A DNA stretch of 64,000 bases, taken from an uncultured Candidatus Saccharibacteria bacterium (GTDB lineage: Bacteria; Patescibacteriota; Doudnabacteria; UBA920). Position 1 is the stretch's first letter; the number at the start of each line of letters is the position of its first letter. The DNA lies in the NCBI GenBank assembly GCA_964436545.1, contig CAYTCJ010000002.1, positions 26,111-90,110 on the forward strand, read 5' to 3'. Under the pieces are notes generated by a model. It ran no database searches, was not told the DNA's origin, and saw nothing but the letters and a program-made list of their open reading frames with translations. Both the position numbers and the translations under genes were made by a program. Below are positions 41,112-50,122 of this stretch, one piece after another.

Positions 41112-41723
41112 TTAGTATTCTCGTCTGCCTTCTAAAGCTCTCATTAAAGTTATATCATCGGCATATTCCAAATCTCCGCCCATAGGCAACCCTCGCGCAA
41201 TCCGGGTAATTTTAATGTTAGAATTAGCTTGTTTAATAATTTTAGACAAATGCATGGCCGTGGCTTCACCCTCCAAGCTAGGATTAGTCGCAATAATAAT
41301 TTCCACAATTTTCGATTCCGGACTCGTAATCCTTTTCATTAAAGATTCAATTTTCAACTGCTCAGCCGAAACCCCTTCTAAAGGATTCAAAACTCCTCCG
41401 AGGACATGAAATAAACCTTTAAAATTCCCCGATTTATCTATAGCCAAAGCGTCTAAGGGTTCTTCTACTACGCAAACTATGGTTTTATCTCGGGTCTGGT
41501 CCACACACGCATGACAAGGGTCAACCTCAACCATATTATGACAGAGCGAACAAAACACCACACTACTTTTTAATTCAGCAATCGCGGATGACAAAGTGAG
41601 CAAATCCAAATTATCACGTTTTAATAAATAAAAAGCCAACCGCTGAGCGGTTTTAGGTCCAATCCCCGGAAGTTTGGAGAGTTCGTTAATTAATTTTTGT
41701 AAAGAAGAGGGGAGTTTAAGCAT
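41112..41723 (-). CDS. recR: Recombination protein RecR
   Basis: LPGIGPKTAQRL, C4 zinc finger, ATNPSLEGEATA, GGDLEYAD. Confidence 0.97.
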   Translation of the reverse strand: MLKLPSSLQKLINELSKLPGIGPKTAQRLAFYLLKRDNLDLLTLSSAIAELKSSVVFCSLCHNMVEVDPCHACVDQTRDKTIVCVVEEPLDALAIDKSGNFKGLFHVLGGVLNPLEGVSAEQLKIESLMKRITSPESKIVEIIIATNPSLEGEATAMHLSKIIKQANSNIKITRIARGLPMGGDLEYADDITLMRALEGRREY

Positions 41724-41762
41724 ACACAGAATGATTGAATAGTAAAACTCTAACCGCTAACC

Positions 41763-43160
41763 CTAACCTTGCTCAGACAGATCGGGTGAAGATGAGGACA
41801 TCACTGTCTCCGGACTGGTATCAAAACTTCTATCCAAATTTTTAAAGCTGGTCTGATCCTGGTCAAAAAACAAATCCACCTGACCAGTCGGACCGTTTCT
41901 ATGCTTCTTCACATATATCTCTGCAATATTGGGCCGTTTGGCGTCCTTGCCTTTATACATATCTTCCCGATAAATAAACATCACCACATCGGCATCTTGT
42001 TCAATAGATCCGGATTCTCGCAAATCGGCCAATTGAGGCACTTTATCGGGTCGATTTTCCACATTCCGAGACAGCTGAGACAAAGCCAACACCGGCACAT
42101 TCAACTCACGAGCTAAAATTTTTAAACTTCGGGAAATTTCCGACACTTCCTGCACCCGATTATCTTGACTCCTGCCTTCCATTAATTGCAAATAGTCCAC
42201 CACGATTAAAGATAAGTCGTTTTCCGCTTGTAGTCTTCTGGCTTTCGTTCTAACTTCCATAATGTTGGAACCGGCTGCGTCATCGATGTATATGGGCGCT
42301 TCGGACAATTGTCCCATAGCTTCGCCGATTTTTTCAAAATCTTGGTCATTCAAATGGCCCGTGCGAATTTTCCACAAATTAACATTACTCTGAGCCGACA
42401 ACAGCCTGTCCACCAATTGATCTTTACTCATTTCCAAAGAAAAAATGCCCACCGGTTTTTTTAAATTCACTCCCACATGCCTCATAATGTCCAAAGCTAA
42501 ACTGGTTTTACCCATAGAAGGTCGGGCCGCTAAAATTACCAAATCGGATTTTTGTAATCCGCCTAATAAATTATCCATATCCGCAAATCCGGTAGAGAGC
42601 CCGCGCAATTTACCCTTGTCTCTATGCAGTTCGTCAATCCTTTCAAAGGTGGCATGCAAAACCGAAGCAATAGAAATAAACTGTCGTTTTAAATGTTTTT
42701 GGGAAACCGAAAACAATTTTTGCTCTGCGTTGTCTAAAATATCTTCCACCGCCCCTTGCTCCTTAAAAGCCAAATTGGTTATTTCATTACTCGCGGAAAT
42801 TAACTTTCTTAAAGTGCCTTTTTTTCTGACAATCTCGGCATAGTGGACCACATTGGAAGCCGAAGGAGTATTGGCCACCAACTCGGTTAAATAAGCCGAA
42901 CCGCCGGCCCGCTCTAAAATTTTCTTTTCCTCCAACAAATTCGTCACGGTTAAAATATCAATAGCGGCATTTTTGGAAAAAAGCTCCACAATGGCAGAAT
43001 AGATAATTTGGTGTTTAGGCTCATAAAAATCATCTTCGTTCAGCAAATCCGCTACCTTAAACCAAGCTTCTTTATCTAACATTAAACCACCCAAAAGCGC
43101 GCTTTCGGCTTCGCTGTTTTGTGGGGGAGTTCTTAGTTGGTTAGAAATTACATTATCCAT
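41763..43160 (-). CDS. dnaB: Replicative DNA helicase
   Basis: AARPSMGKT, SLEMS, VDYLQL, DLRESGSIEQDAD, KHRNGPTG. Confidence 0.98.
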   Translation of the reverse strand: MDNVISNQLRTPPQNSEAESALLGGLMLDKEAWFKVADLLNEDDFYEPKHQIIYSAIVELFSKNAAIDILTVTNLLEEKKILERAGGSAYLTELVANTPSASNVVHYAEIVRKKGTLRKLISASNEITNLAFKEQGAVEDILDNAEQKLFSVSQKHLKRQFISIASVLHATFERIDELHRDKGKLRGLSTGFADMDNLLGGLQKSDLVILAARPSMGKTSLALDIMRHVGVNLKKPVGIFSLEMSKDQLVDRLLSAQSNVNLWKIRTGHLNDQDFEKIGEAMGQLSEAPIYIDDAAGSNIMEVRTKARRLQAENDLSLIVVDYLQLMEGRSQDNRVQEVSEISRSLKILARELNVPVLALSQLSRNVENRPDKVPQLADLRESGSIEQDADVVMFIYREDMYKGKDAKRPNIAEIYVKKHRNGPTGQVDLFFDQDQTSFKNLDRSFDTSPETVMSSSSPDLSEQG

Positions 43161-43218
43161 ATAGCCATATTATATTTTAAACCCAAAAAATGCAAAAAGC
43201 CCTTATTTTAAGGACTTT

Positions 43219-43249
43219 TGTGGATAATCCGTGAATTAATCGGGGATAA
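43219..43249 (-). promoter_or_regulatory. DnaA-box-like triplet upstream of dnaB
   Basis: TGTGGATAA (perfect) at 43219; degenerate CGTGAATTA at 43230 and CGGGGATAA at 43241. Confidence 0.55.
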
Positions 43250-43268
43250 TATCCTACCTACCTAAAAC

Positions 43269-44588
43269 TCAAATTTTTCTTTTAACTTTTTGCCCTTCGT
43301 TCGTATCTAATACTTCATAACCCAACTTGCCAATTTGTGTTCTTAATGCGTCGGCAATAGAAAAATCCTTCTGTGCCTTGGCATTTTGTCTTTGTTGTAA
43401 TAACTCCTGAACTTCCACGGGAATTGATTCAACTGTTTCAGCTGTAAAACCTAATACCGAAATAATTTGAGAATCAATTTTGCCGGCTTGCCAAATGGCC
43501 GATAACGCTTGAGGGCAACTCAGATTTTCCAGCAGAGCTTGTTTAAACGGTTCGTTCTCCAAGTCGGCATGGGGTAAATTAATTAACTTTAACCGTGCGG
43601 TCTTTCCTGCCGTTAAGGCTTCCCAAGTAAAATTTTGCTGAACGCCAAAACCCGAATTCATAAAAAAATAACGCAGATCTTCACCCGAAAAACCCTTTTC
43701 GCTTAAATCTTTTAACGTATAAAAATTTTTAAATCTTTTGCCCATCCGGGCGCCATCTACCAGTAAATGCTCGTTATGATGCCAATAATTCACATACGGC
43801 TTATAAATTGGCTGACTTTGAGCAATTTCATTGGTATGATGGGGAAAAATTAAATCCACCCCACCGGTATGAATGTCTGTGGCTTCACCCTTAAAAGCCA
43901 CTTGATTGATCACCGAACATTCAATATGCCACCCCGGCCGGCCCTTACCTAAAGTTGGATGTTCCCAAAAAATTTGTCCGTCGGTTTCGGGGTTATGGTG
44001 CTTCCACAAAACAAAATCACTTAAATTTTCTTTTTCGTATTCATCTACCGCCACCCGAGCGCCAATTTTTTTACCTTGCATAAATTTTTCCCCAGCCAAC
44101 TGCCCATAATCGCCAAAATCGGTTTGATATTTCTCTATACTAAAATACACGCCATCTTCGGCTTTATAAGCATAACCCTTATTCATCAACTCCAAAATAA
44201 AGGTTTGAATTTCCGGCATTTTATCGGTCACTCGAATAATTTCCATTTCTTTAGTATTCACCCCTACGGCCTTAAGGTCTGCTAAAAAAGCTTGTAAATA
44301 TTTCTCGGTCCAAGTATATAAATTTTGCGGATTAACCTTTTCGCCATATTCCGCTAAAGCACCTCTAATGGTTTTGTCATCAATATCCGTAATATTCATT
44401 ACCCAATGGGGTTTAAACCCACCCAGCTTTAAGGTTCTAAAGAGTACATCGGCCATAACAAAAGACCTTAAATTGCCAATATGGGCATAATTGTAAACCG
44501 TGGGCCCACAAGAATACATATTGACATGGTCTTGATGGGCGGGGGAAAACTCCTCGACTGTTTTGGTTAAAGTGTTATTAATTTTCAT
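43269..44588 (-). CDS. cysS: Cysteinyl-tRNA synthetase
   Basis: CGPTVY..HIGN, GRPGWHIECS, DIHTGGVDLIFPHH. Confidence 0.97.
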   Translation of the reverse strand: MKINNTLTKTVEEFSPAHQDHVNMYSCGPTVYNYAHIGNLRSFVMADVLFRTLKLGGFKPHWVMNITDIDDKTIRGALAEYGEKVNPQNLYTWTEKYLQAFLADLKAVGVNTKEMEIIRVTDKMPEIQTFILELMNKGYAYKAEDGVYFSIEKYQTDFGDYGQLAGEKFMQGKKIGARVAVDEYEKENLSDFVLWKHHNPETDGQIFWEHPTLGKGRPGWHIECSVINQVAFKGEATDIHTGGVDLIFPHHTNEIAQSQPIYKPYVNYWHHNEHLLVDGARMGKRFKNFYTLKDLSEKGFSGEDLRYFFMNSGFGVQQNFTWEALTAGKTARLKLINLPHADLENEPFKQALLENLSCPQALSAIWQAGKIDSQIISVLGFTAETVESIPVEVQELLQQRQNAKAQKDFSIADALRTQIGKLGYEVLDTNEGQKVKRKI

Positions 44589-44673
44589 AATTATATTTTA
44601 GCATAATTTAATGCTGTTTTGCCACGGACGAACCTTGGCAGGTTCGTCCGTGTTTGTTGCATGGTTACTGGCA

Positions 44674-44904
44674 CTATTGTTTTTGCCAGCTTGCCACACA
44701 CACCGATTGGTCAAAAAGATCTTCAAGCTTGGCGTGCTGAGGTGCGTTCATCCCACACCTCACCAAAAATACTTGCTTCATATCTTGTCCAATTTTTTGC
44801 CTTGAGGGCCTGGCTTTGCGAAAGCCCATACCCCAAGCCAGACTGTAGATTACCTTGCGCCCTGCCGGGGTTGAGCCCTGCTTAAACTGCACCAAATACT
44901 GCAT
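44674..44904 (-). CDS. Small hypothetical protein (possible ferredoxin-like/ACT pattern)
   Basis: Strong SD GGAGG 7 nt before ATG; upstream hairpin CCGGTC-GCAA-GACCGG. Confidence 0.55.
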   Translation of the reverse strand: MQYLVQFKQGSTPAGRKVIYSLAWGMGFRKARPSRQKIGQDMKQVFLVRCGMNAPQHAKLEDLFDQSVCVASWQKQ

Positions 44905-45212
44905 ACTTTGCCTCCGTTTGGAATGTTGGCTCTTTGTAAAACAAAAGCCACCGGTCTTGCGACCGGAGGCAAAAAGTAAAAGTAAAAAAATTTATTTTAA
45001 CTTAAAATCCCCAGTCACAATATACAGTGTGCATGAGGTGGAACAATTCAAATGTAGATTAGAGATTAACATATTTTTATGTTATCCTATACTTAAATAA
45101 ATGTCAAAAGTTCCTTTTTCTTTAACGCTAAAATTTTAAAAATTTAAGACAATAAAAAATTTTTTGCCGAAAACATTAAAAATCTTTAACTAACTATTAA
45201 AAAATTAAATTT

Positions 45213-45809
45213 ATGAGCGAATATGGGCCAAGACCAGAATATAAGGAACCCACAAAACCAGCTGAACCTAAAAGACCTACTAGTGAATTTAATGCAAGTG
45301 GTATGCCACTATGGGAAACTAAACGGGAACCTAAATCACCAACACCCACACCAGCTCCTTGGGAAAAGCGAGCAACACCTCCACCTTTTCCAAAAACGGA
45401 AAGACCTTCGGAAACTCCGGAGCAGGCTCAGGCAAGATTAGAAAAAGGCAAGCAGGCGCTGGATAGAGCAAAAAAGACTTTTATGGAACTTAACCACCAA
45501 GCCGAAATATTAAGGGCAAAAATAGAAAGTTTAAAAAATCGCAAACTCTTAGCTTTACCACAGCAAGTTAAAAGACTAAAAGCCGAAGTTCACAATTTAG
45601 TTGAAACCGAATATCACCAATTTGTTAATTCAGTAAAATTGAGTTCAAGATATTTACATACAGAAGACCGAGGAGGTTTTACCAAATTAATTGAGGAAAT
45701 TGAAACAAAATACAGAAGCTTAAAGATTGTAATGCATGCACAGTTAGAAGAAATAGAAAAAGGATCAGCCATTAACCGAGTCGCAAGATGGTTTAAAAGA
45801 GATTCATAA
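45213..45809 (+). CDS. Hypothetical protein, Pro/Glu-rich N-terminus plus coiled coil
   Basis: 198-aa ORF. Confidence 0.7.
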   Translation: MSEYGPRPEYKEPTKPAEPKRPTSEFNASGMPLWETKREPKSPTPTPAPWEKRATPPPFPKTERPSETPEQAQARLEKGKQALDRAKKTFMELNHQAEILRAKIESLKNRKLLALPQQVKRLKAEVHNLVETEYHQFVNSVKLSSRYLHTEDRGGFTKLIEEIETKYRSLKIVMHAQLEEIEKGSAINRVARWFKRDS

Positions 45810-47516
45810 TAAATTCAAATGTTCGGCTTTGAGTTTTTTAAGTGCCTTAAGTCCGGTGCCATTTTCCAAAATCTCACTTAAGTGTAAGCCTCCCACAAAA
45901 TGAGGCGAAAGCACATAATCTACCCCTTGCTCGTAAAGCACCCGACTTTCCGAGTCATTTTGCGCAACAAAAATTAATTTGGGCTTCTTTACTCCGGCTT
46001 CCAGTGCGCGTTGCTTTATATGAGCTAATAGGGCTAAGTTATCGTTAAAATCGGGGATCGTGGAAATAATTAGTTTTGCCAAAGGCAAATTTACTTGCTC
46101 TTGAATGTAAGGGTCGGTTATATCTCCACAAATCACTTCTCGATTCTCTAAATTATGCATATGGTGAATATGCGGGTCAAAATCCACAATAACCAATTTA
46201 TGCTTATCACTGCTTAAACTGTGTAAAAACCTAGAGCCTAATCGATTCGCCCCGGCCAAAATAATATGATTTTTAAAAGGTTTGATGTCTAAATTATTTT
46301 CGGCAGTGGACTTTTTAAACTCAAAATATTTTAGGACCGGTTCTAATTTTTCATAAATTTGCCGAGTATATAAAATGGTGTAAGAGGAAAGGGAAATGGT
46401 AATAATACCCACTAAAGTCAACATACCCATAACTTCATCGGGGACGTGGTTTAGCCGGTTTCCCAAAGCCAACAGCACAAAACTGAATTCACTTACTTGG
46501 GCGGTTGTCACCGCACAAAAAAATGCCGTCCGAGAGGAATAACCCAAGGCGCTCATAATCAACATCATAATTATGGGATTACCAATGGACACATACAGAG
46601 CAAAAACCAACGCCGGCCAAAACAAAGCACCGAGTCCGGTAAACGCCAGTTTGGCACCAAACACAATAAAAAAAATAATCAGGAAAAAATCTCGCAAAGA
46701 TTTTATGCGCGCGGAAATTTCGTAATGGACTTGGCTGTTGGCCAAAGCCAAACCTGCCACAAAACCACCCACTTCCAAAGAAAAACCCACCGCCGGCAAG
46801 GACATAAACGCGGAAAGCCCTAAAGCCCACGCCAAAGAAAAAATCATCAGCAGTTCATCGGAACCGCCAAATTTGCTAATTAATTTTGGAAACACCTTTT
46901 TGCTAATCCAACTTAACAGTAAAACCAAAATTAAAACTTTTACCACAGTGGCCAATAAATATTGCCAACCCACTAAAGCGCTAAACACATCACCTTTGGC
47001 AGTATTGGACCCACCTCCTAAAATCAATAACAAAATTAAAGCGGCAAAATCTTGAACAATTAAAAAACCCACCACAATCCGGCCATACAAAGATTGTAAA
47101 TCTTTTTTTTCTCCCAAAAGTTTAACCACAATAATGGTAGACGAAAAAGTTAATGCCAACGCCAAGTACATAGCAGTTATGCTGGCAAAGCCCAAAAATT
47201 TTGCAATTATAAAACCGGCAACAGAAGTAAACAAAATTTGCCCGAGTCCGGTAAGTAAAGCCACTTTACCCAGTTGCCTCAGTCTTTTAATGTCTAACTC
47301 CAAACCCACCATAAACAACAACAGAGTAATGCCAATTTGCCCTAAAGAATCCAAGGCGCCACCATGTTGAAACCGCGCATGACTAATGGAGCCAATAATT
47401 AATCCGGTAATTATGTAAGCGATAATGGAGGGTTGTTTTAAATACGAAACCAGCATTGCCACTAAACCGGCAACCGCTAAAACCGCAGTAATTTGGTAAA
47501 ATAAATTTAATTCCAT
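45804..47516 (-). CDS. CPA2 cation:proton antiporter with TrkA-N (KefB/C-like) domain
   Basis: LLFMVGLE, FSSTIIV, QVSEFS; VIVDFDP...GDITD RCK domain. Confidence 0.92.
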   Translation of the reverse strand: MELNLFYQITAVLAVAGLVAMLVSYLKQPSIIAYIITGLIIGSISHARFQHGGALDSLGQIGITLLLFMVGLELDIKRLRQLGKVALLTGLGQILFTSVAGFIIAKFLGFASITAMYLALALTFSSTIIVVKLLGEKKDLQSLYGRIVVGFLIVQDFAALILLLILGGGSNTAKGDVFSALVGWQYLLATVVKVLILVLLLSWISKKVFPKLISKFGGSDELLMIFSLAWALGLSAFMSLPAVGFSLEVGGFVAGLALANSQVHYEISARIKSLRDFFLIIFFIVFGAKLAFTGLGALFWPALVFALYVSIGNPIIMMLIMSALGYSSRTAFFCAVTTAQVSEFSFVLLALGNRLNHVPDEVMGMLTLVGIITISLSSYTILYTRQIYEKLEPVLKYFEFKKSTAENNLDIKPFKNHIILAGANRLGSRFLHSLSSDKHKLVIVDFDPHIHHMHNLENREVICGDITDPYIQEQVNLPLAKLIISTIPDFNDNLALLAHIKQRALEAGVKKPKLIFVAQNDSESRVLYEQGVDYVLSPHFVGGLHLSEILENGTGLKALKKLKAEHLNLL

Positions 47517-47625
47517 TTACCCTGTTAAATAAATTTTTGTTTCAGTTCAAGTTATTATTTTATTAATTATAGCACAAATATATAAATTTGATAAATCCTA
47601 AAAAATCATCTATGATATTTAAAAT

Positions 47626-48201
47626 ATGGATAAAAGTGCAATTATTTTTATAGGCCCACAAGGTAGTGGAAAAGGGACTCAGGCAAAAATTCTTGCCAAA
47701 ACATTGGGTTTTTTTTATTTTGAAACCGGTGCCATTGCCCGGTCGGTAGCCGGCGAAAACACCCCTTTGGGCCAGCAAGTTAAAGCCATGGTGAATAATG
47801 GCATACTTTTGCCGGATGAAATAATTTTTCAAATGGTAAAAGAAAAACTTTCCCAAACCGAAAACCTTACCGGAGTGATTTTTGACGGTTTACCCAGACG
47901 ACTCACCCAAGCAGAATTTCTTTTAAAAACTTTGTCGGAATTGGGGATAACTCACCTTATTACACTCTACATTTCTTTACCTAAAGACGTTTCCATTGAG
48001 CGTTTATTAAAACGAGCGGAAATAGAAAAGCGTGCCGATGACACTTTAGAAAAAATTCAAACTCGATTATTACAATATGAACAAGAAACTGTGCCGGTTT
48101 TAGAATTTTTAAAATCAAAATCCACTTTTGTGGAAATTGACGGCACTCCGGATGTAAACCTAGTCACCACTGCCATTAACCAACAACTTAGCCAAATTTA
48201 A
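47626..48201 (+). CDS. adk: Adenylate kinase (short LID)
   Basis: GPQGSGKGTQ, FDGLPR, RADD. Confidence 0.9.
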   Translation: MDKSAIIFIGPQGSGKGTQAKILAKTLGFFYFETGAIARSVAGENTPLGQQVKAMVNNGILLPDEIIFQMVKEKLSQTENLTGVIFDGLPRRLTQAEFLLKTLSELGITHLITLYISLPKDVSIERLLKRAEIEKRADDTLEKIQTRLLQYEQETVPVLEFLKSKSTFVEIDGTPDVNLVTTAINQQLSQI

Positions 48202-48813
48202 ATGCCCAAAACCCACGAACCCAGTCTAAACATAATTCTGTTAGGCGACCCGGCAGCCGGCAAGGCCACTCATGGCGCATTTTTAGCCAAAAAATATCAT
48301 CTCTACGATTTAGACATGGGTAGGGAATTAAGAAGTTTAGAGCATAATCCCGTACTAAGGAAAAAATACAAACTCGATCAAACCTTAGACAGCGGAAAAC
48401 TTACTCCCACGGCACTGGTTAGAAACCTTTTAAGAGATAAAATTCACGCCACTCAAAAAACTCAAGGCATTTTATTTAACGGGACGCCAAAAATGCTGGG
48501 GGAGGCCAAGTTGGTGGCTAAATGGTTAAAAGCCGAAAAGCGTCAAAAGGTCATATTTATTTATCTTTCCATTCCACTCAAAGAAACCATTCGCCGAATG
48601 ACTGCCAGAAAGACCTATTTTCAAGGCAAATTTTCCAAACGGCCCGATGACAATAACCAAGCTTTAAAAAATCGCATTGCTTATTACAAAAACAACATTA
48701 GTCAGGTGGTAAAATATTTTAAAAAACTTTACCCAGCTTTAACCATTTCCACTCTGGGGAGTATTTCCGAAGCCAGAAAAAGATTAAAAACGAGTTTAAT
48801 CAAACATGCCTAA
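48202..48813 (+). CDS. Divergent adenylate-kinase-family paralog
   Basis: GDPAAGKATH P-loop, FNGTPK, RPDD. Confidence 0.8.
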   Translation: MPKTHEPSLNIILLGDPAAGKATHGAFLAKKYHLYDLDMGRELRSLEHNPVLRKKYKLDQTLDSGKLTPTALVRNLLRDKIHATQKTQGILFNGTPKMLGEAKLVAKWLKAEKRQKVIFIYLSIPLKETIRRMTARKTYFQGKFSKRPDDNNQALKNRIAYYKNNISQVVKYFKKLYPALTISTLGSISEARKRLKTSLIKHA

Positions 48814-49567
48814 AGGACACATAAAAACAGCCGAAGAAATTGCCATTATTGCTCAGGGTGGAAAAATTTTAAGAAAAATTTTATTGGCAACCGCCAATTT
48901 GGTTAAACCCGGCATTTCAACTTGGGAGCTTAACCAATTTGCCGAAAACGCCATAATTCAAGCCGGAGGGAGACCCAGTTTTAAAAATTATGGTGAGCCT
49001 AAAAACCCTTTTCCAGCCGGGCTTTGTACATCTATTAATGACGTGATTGTTCATGGCATCCCTTCCAAACAAGCCATTTTAAACCCAGGCGATATAATTG
49101 GTTTAGATATTGGCATGCAATACCAAGGCTTGTATACCGATACTGCCATAACCGTACCGGTGGGACAAATATCTAACTTAGCCGACAGACTTTTAAAAAC
49201 CACACAGGAATGTTTAAAGCTAGCCATTCAAACTGCCACAGTTGGACACACCATTGGCGATATTGGCTATGCCATTCAAACCCATGCGGAAGCCAATGGC
49301 TTTTCAGTAGTCAGAGATTTAGTGGGGCATGGCGTGGGCTACGAAGTGCACGAAGCCCCGGAAGTGCCTTGCTTTGGCAAACCAGGACAAGGTCTAAAAT
49401 TAGAGGCGGGGATGGTATTAGCCATCGAACCCATGCTGTGTGAAAAAACTCACAAAATTGCCATTGAAGACGACGGCTGGACCATTACCACCTTTGACCA
49501 CGGACTCTCCGCTCATTTTGAACATACCATTGCCATAACTAAACATGGCACAAAAATATTAACCTAA
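48806..49567 (+). CDS. map: Methionine aminopeptidase type I
   Basis: CTSINDVIVHGIP, DTAIT, GHGVG..VHE, AIEPM, AHFEHT. Confidence 0.97.
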   Translation: MPKGHIKTAEEIAIIAQGGKILRKILLATANLVKPGISTWELNQFAENAIIQAGGRPSFKNYGEPKNPFPAGLCTSINDVIVHGIPSKQAILNPGDIIGLDIGMQYQGLYTDTAITVPVGQISNLADRLLKTTQECLKLAIQTATVGHTIGDIGYAIQTHAEANGFSVVRDLVGHGVGYEVHEAPEVPCFGKPGQGLKLEAGMVLAIEPMLCEKTHKIAIEDDGWTITTFDHGLSAHFEHTIAITKHGTKILT

Positions 49568-49574
49568 AAAAACT

Positions 49575-50024
49575 ATGAAAAAACCCGAACAAACTTCAAT
49601 TTCACCGGAAATTAATTTATCTCAAGAGCCTGAAAGACAAATAAAAGTTTCAAAAAATTATTTTGAACAAATAAACAGTGGGGATAAAATTATTGAGGTA
49701 AGAATGATTACCCAAGAATCAGGAAGAGGCAAAGTGGGTCAGATAATTATTTATGAAGGTCCTGATAATCAAATCTGTAAAAGAAGAATATCCAAGATAA
49801 GACCTTATAAATCTATTACTGAACTGGCAAACAATGAAGTGGTAGAAGATATTTTACCCCAAAAAGGAAAAAATACTTCTACGGAAGAATTAGTAAAACT
49901 TGCAAAACAACACTTTAAGAGTGAACTGTCGGTAAAAAGTAAAGAATCCGACGATTATGGCGACATAGAAATTACAAGAGACACCCCATTTGAAGCATGG
50001 GATTTAGAACCGGTGGAAGAATAA
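49575..50024 (+). CDS. ASCH/PUA-like domain protein
   Basis: YFEQINSGDKIIEVR motif. Confidence 0.7.
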   Translation: MKKPEQTSISPEINLSQEPERQIKVSKNYFEQINSGDKIIEVRMITQESGRGKVGQIIIYEGPDNQICKRRISKIRPYKSITELANNEVVEDILPQKGKNTSTEELVKLAKQHFKSELSVKSKESDDYGDIEITRDTPFEAWDLEPVEE

Positions 50025-50030
50025 CCAAAT

Positions 50031-50064
50031 AAAAACCAGCCTACTTTGCAGTAGGCTGGTTTTT
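50031..50064. terminator. Bidirectional terminator
   Basis: AAAAACCAGCCTACT-TTGC-AGTAGGCTGGTTTTT. Confidence 0.85.
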
Positions 50065-50122
50065 ATTTTGATGAATGCAATTTATCTTTGCTGGATGACC
50101 TTGTCTCTCAAAACACGCAAGA

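Noticed and set aside
43161-45212. Replication origin
   Set aside because: Only one perfect DnaA box, no dnaA or dnaN nearby, and skew cannot be judged from this window.
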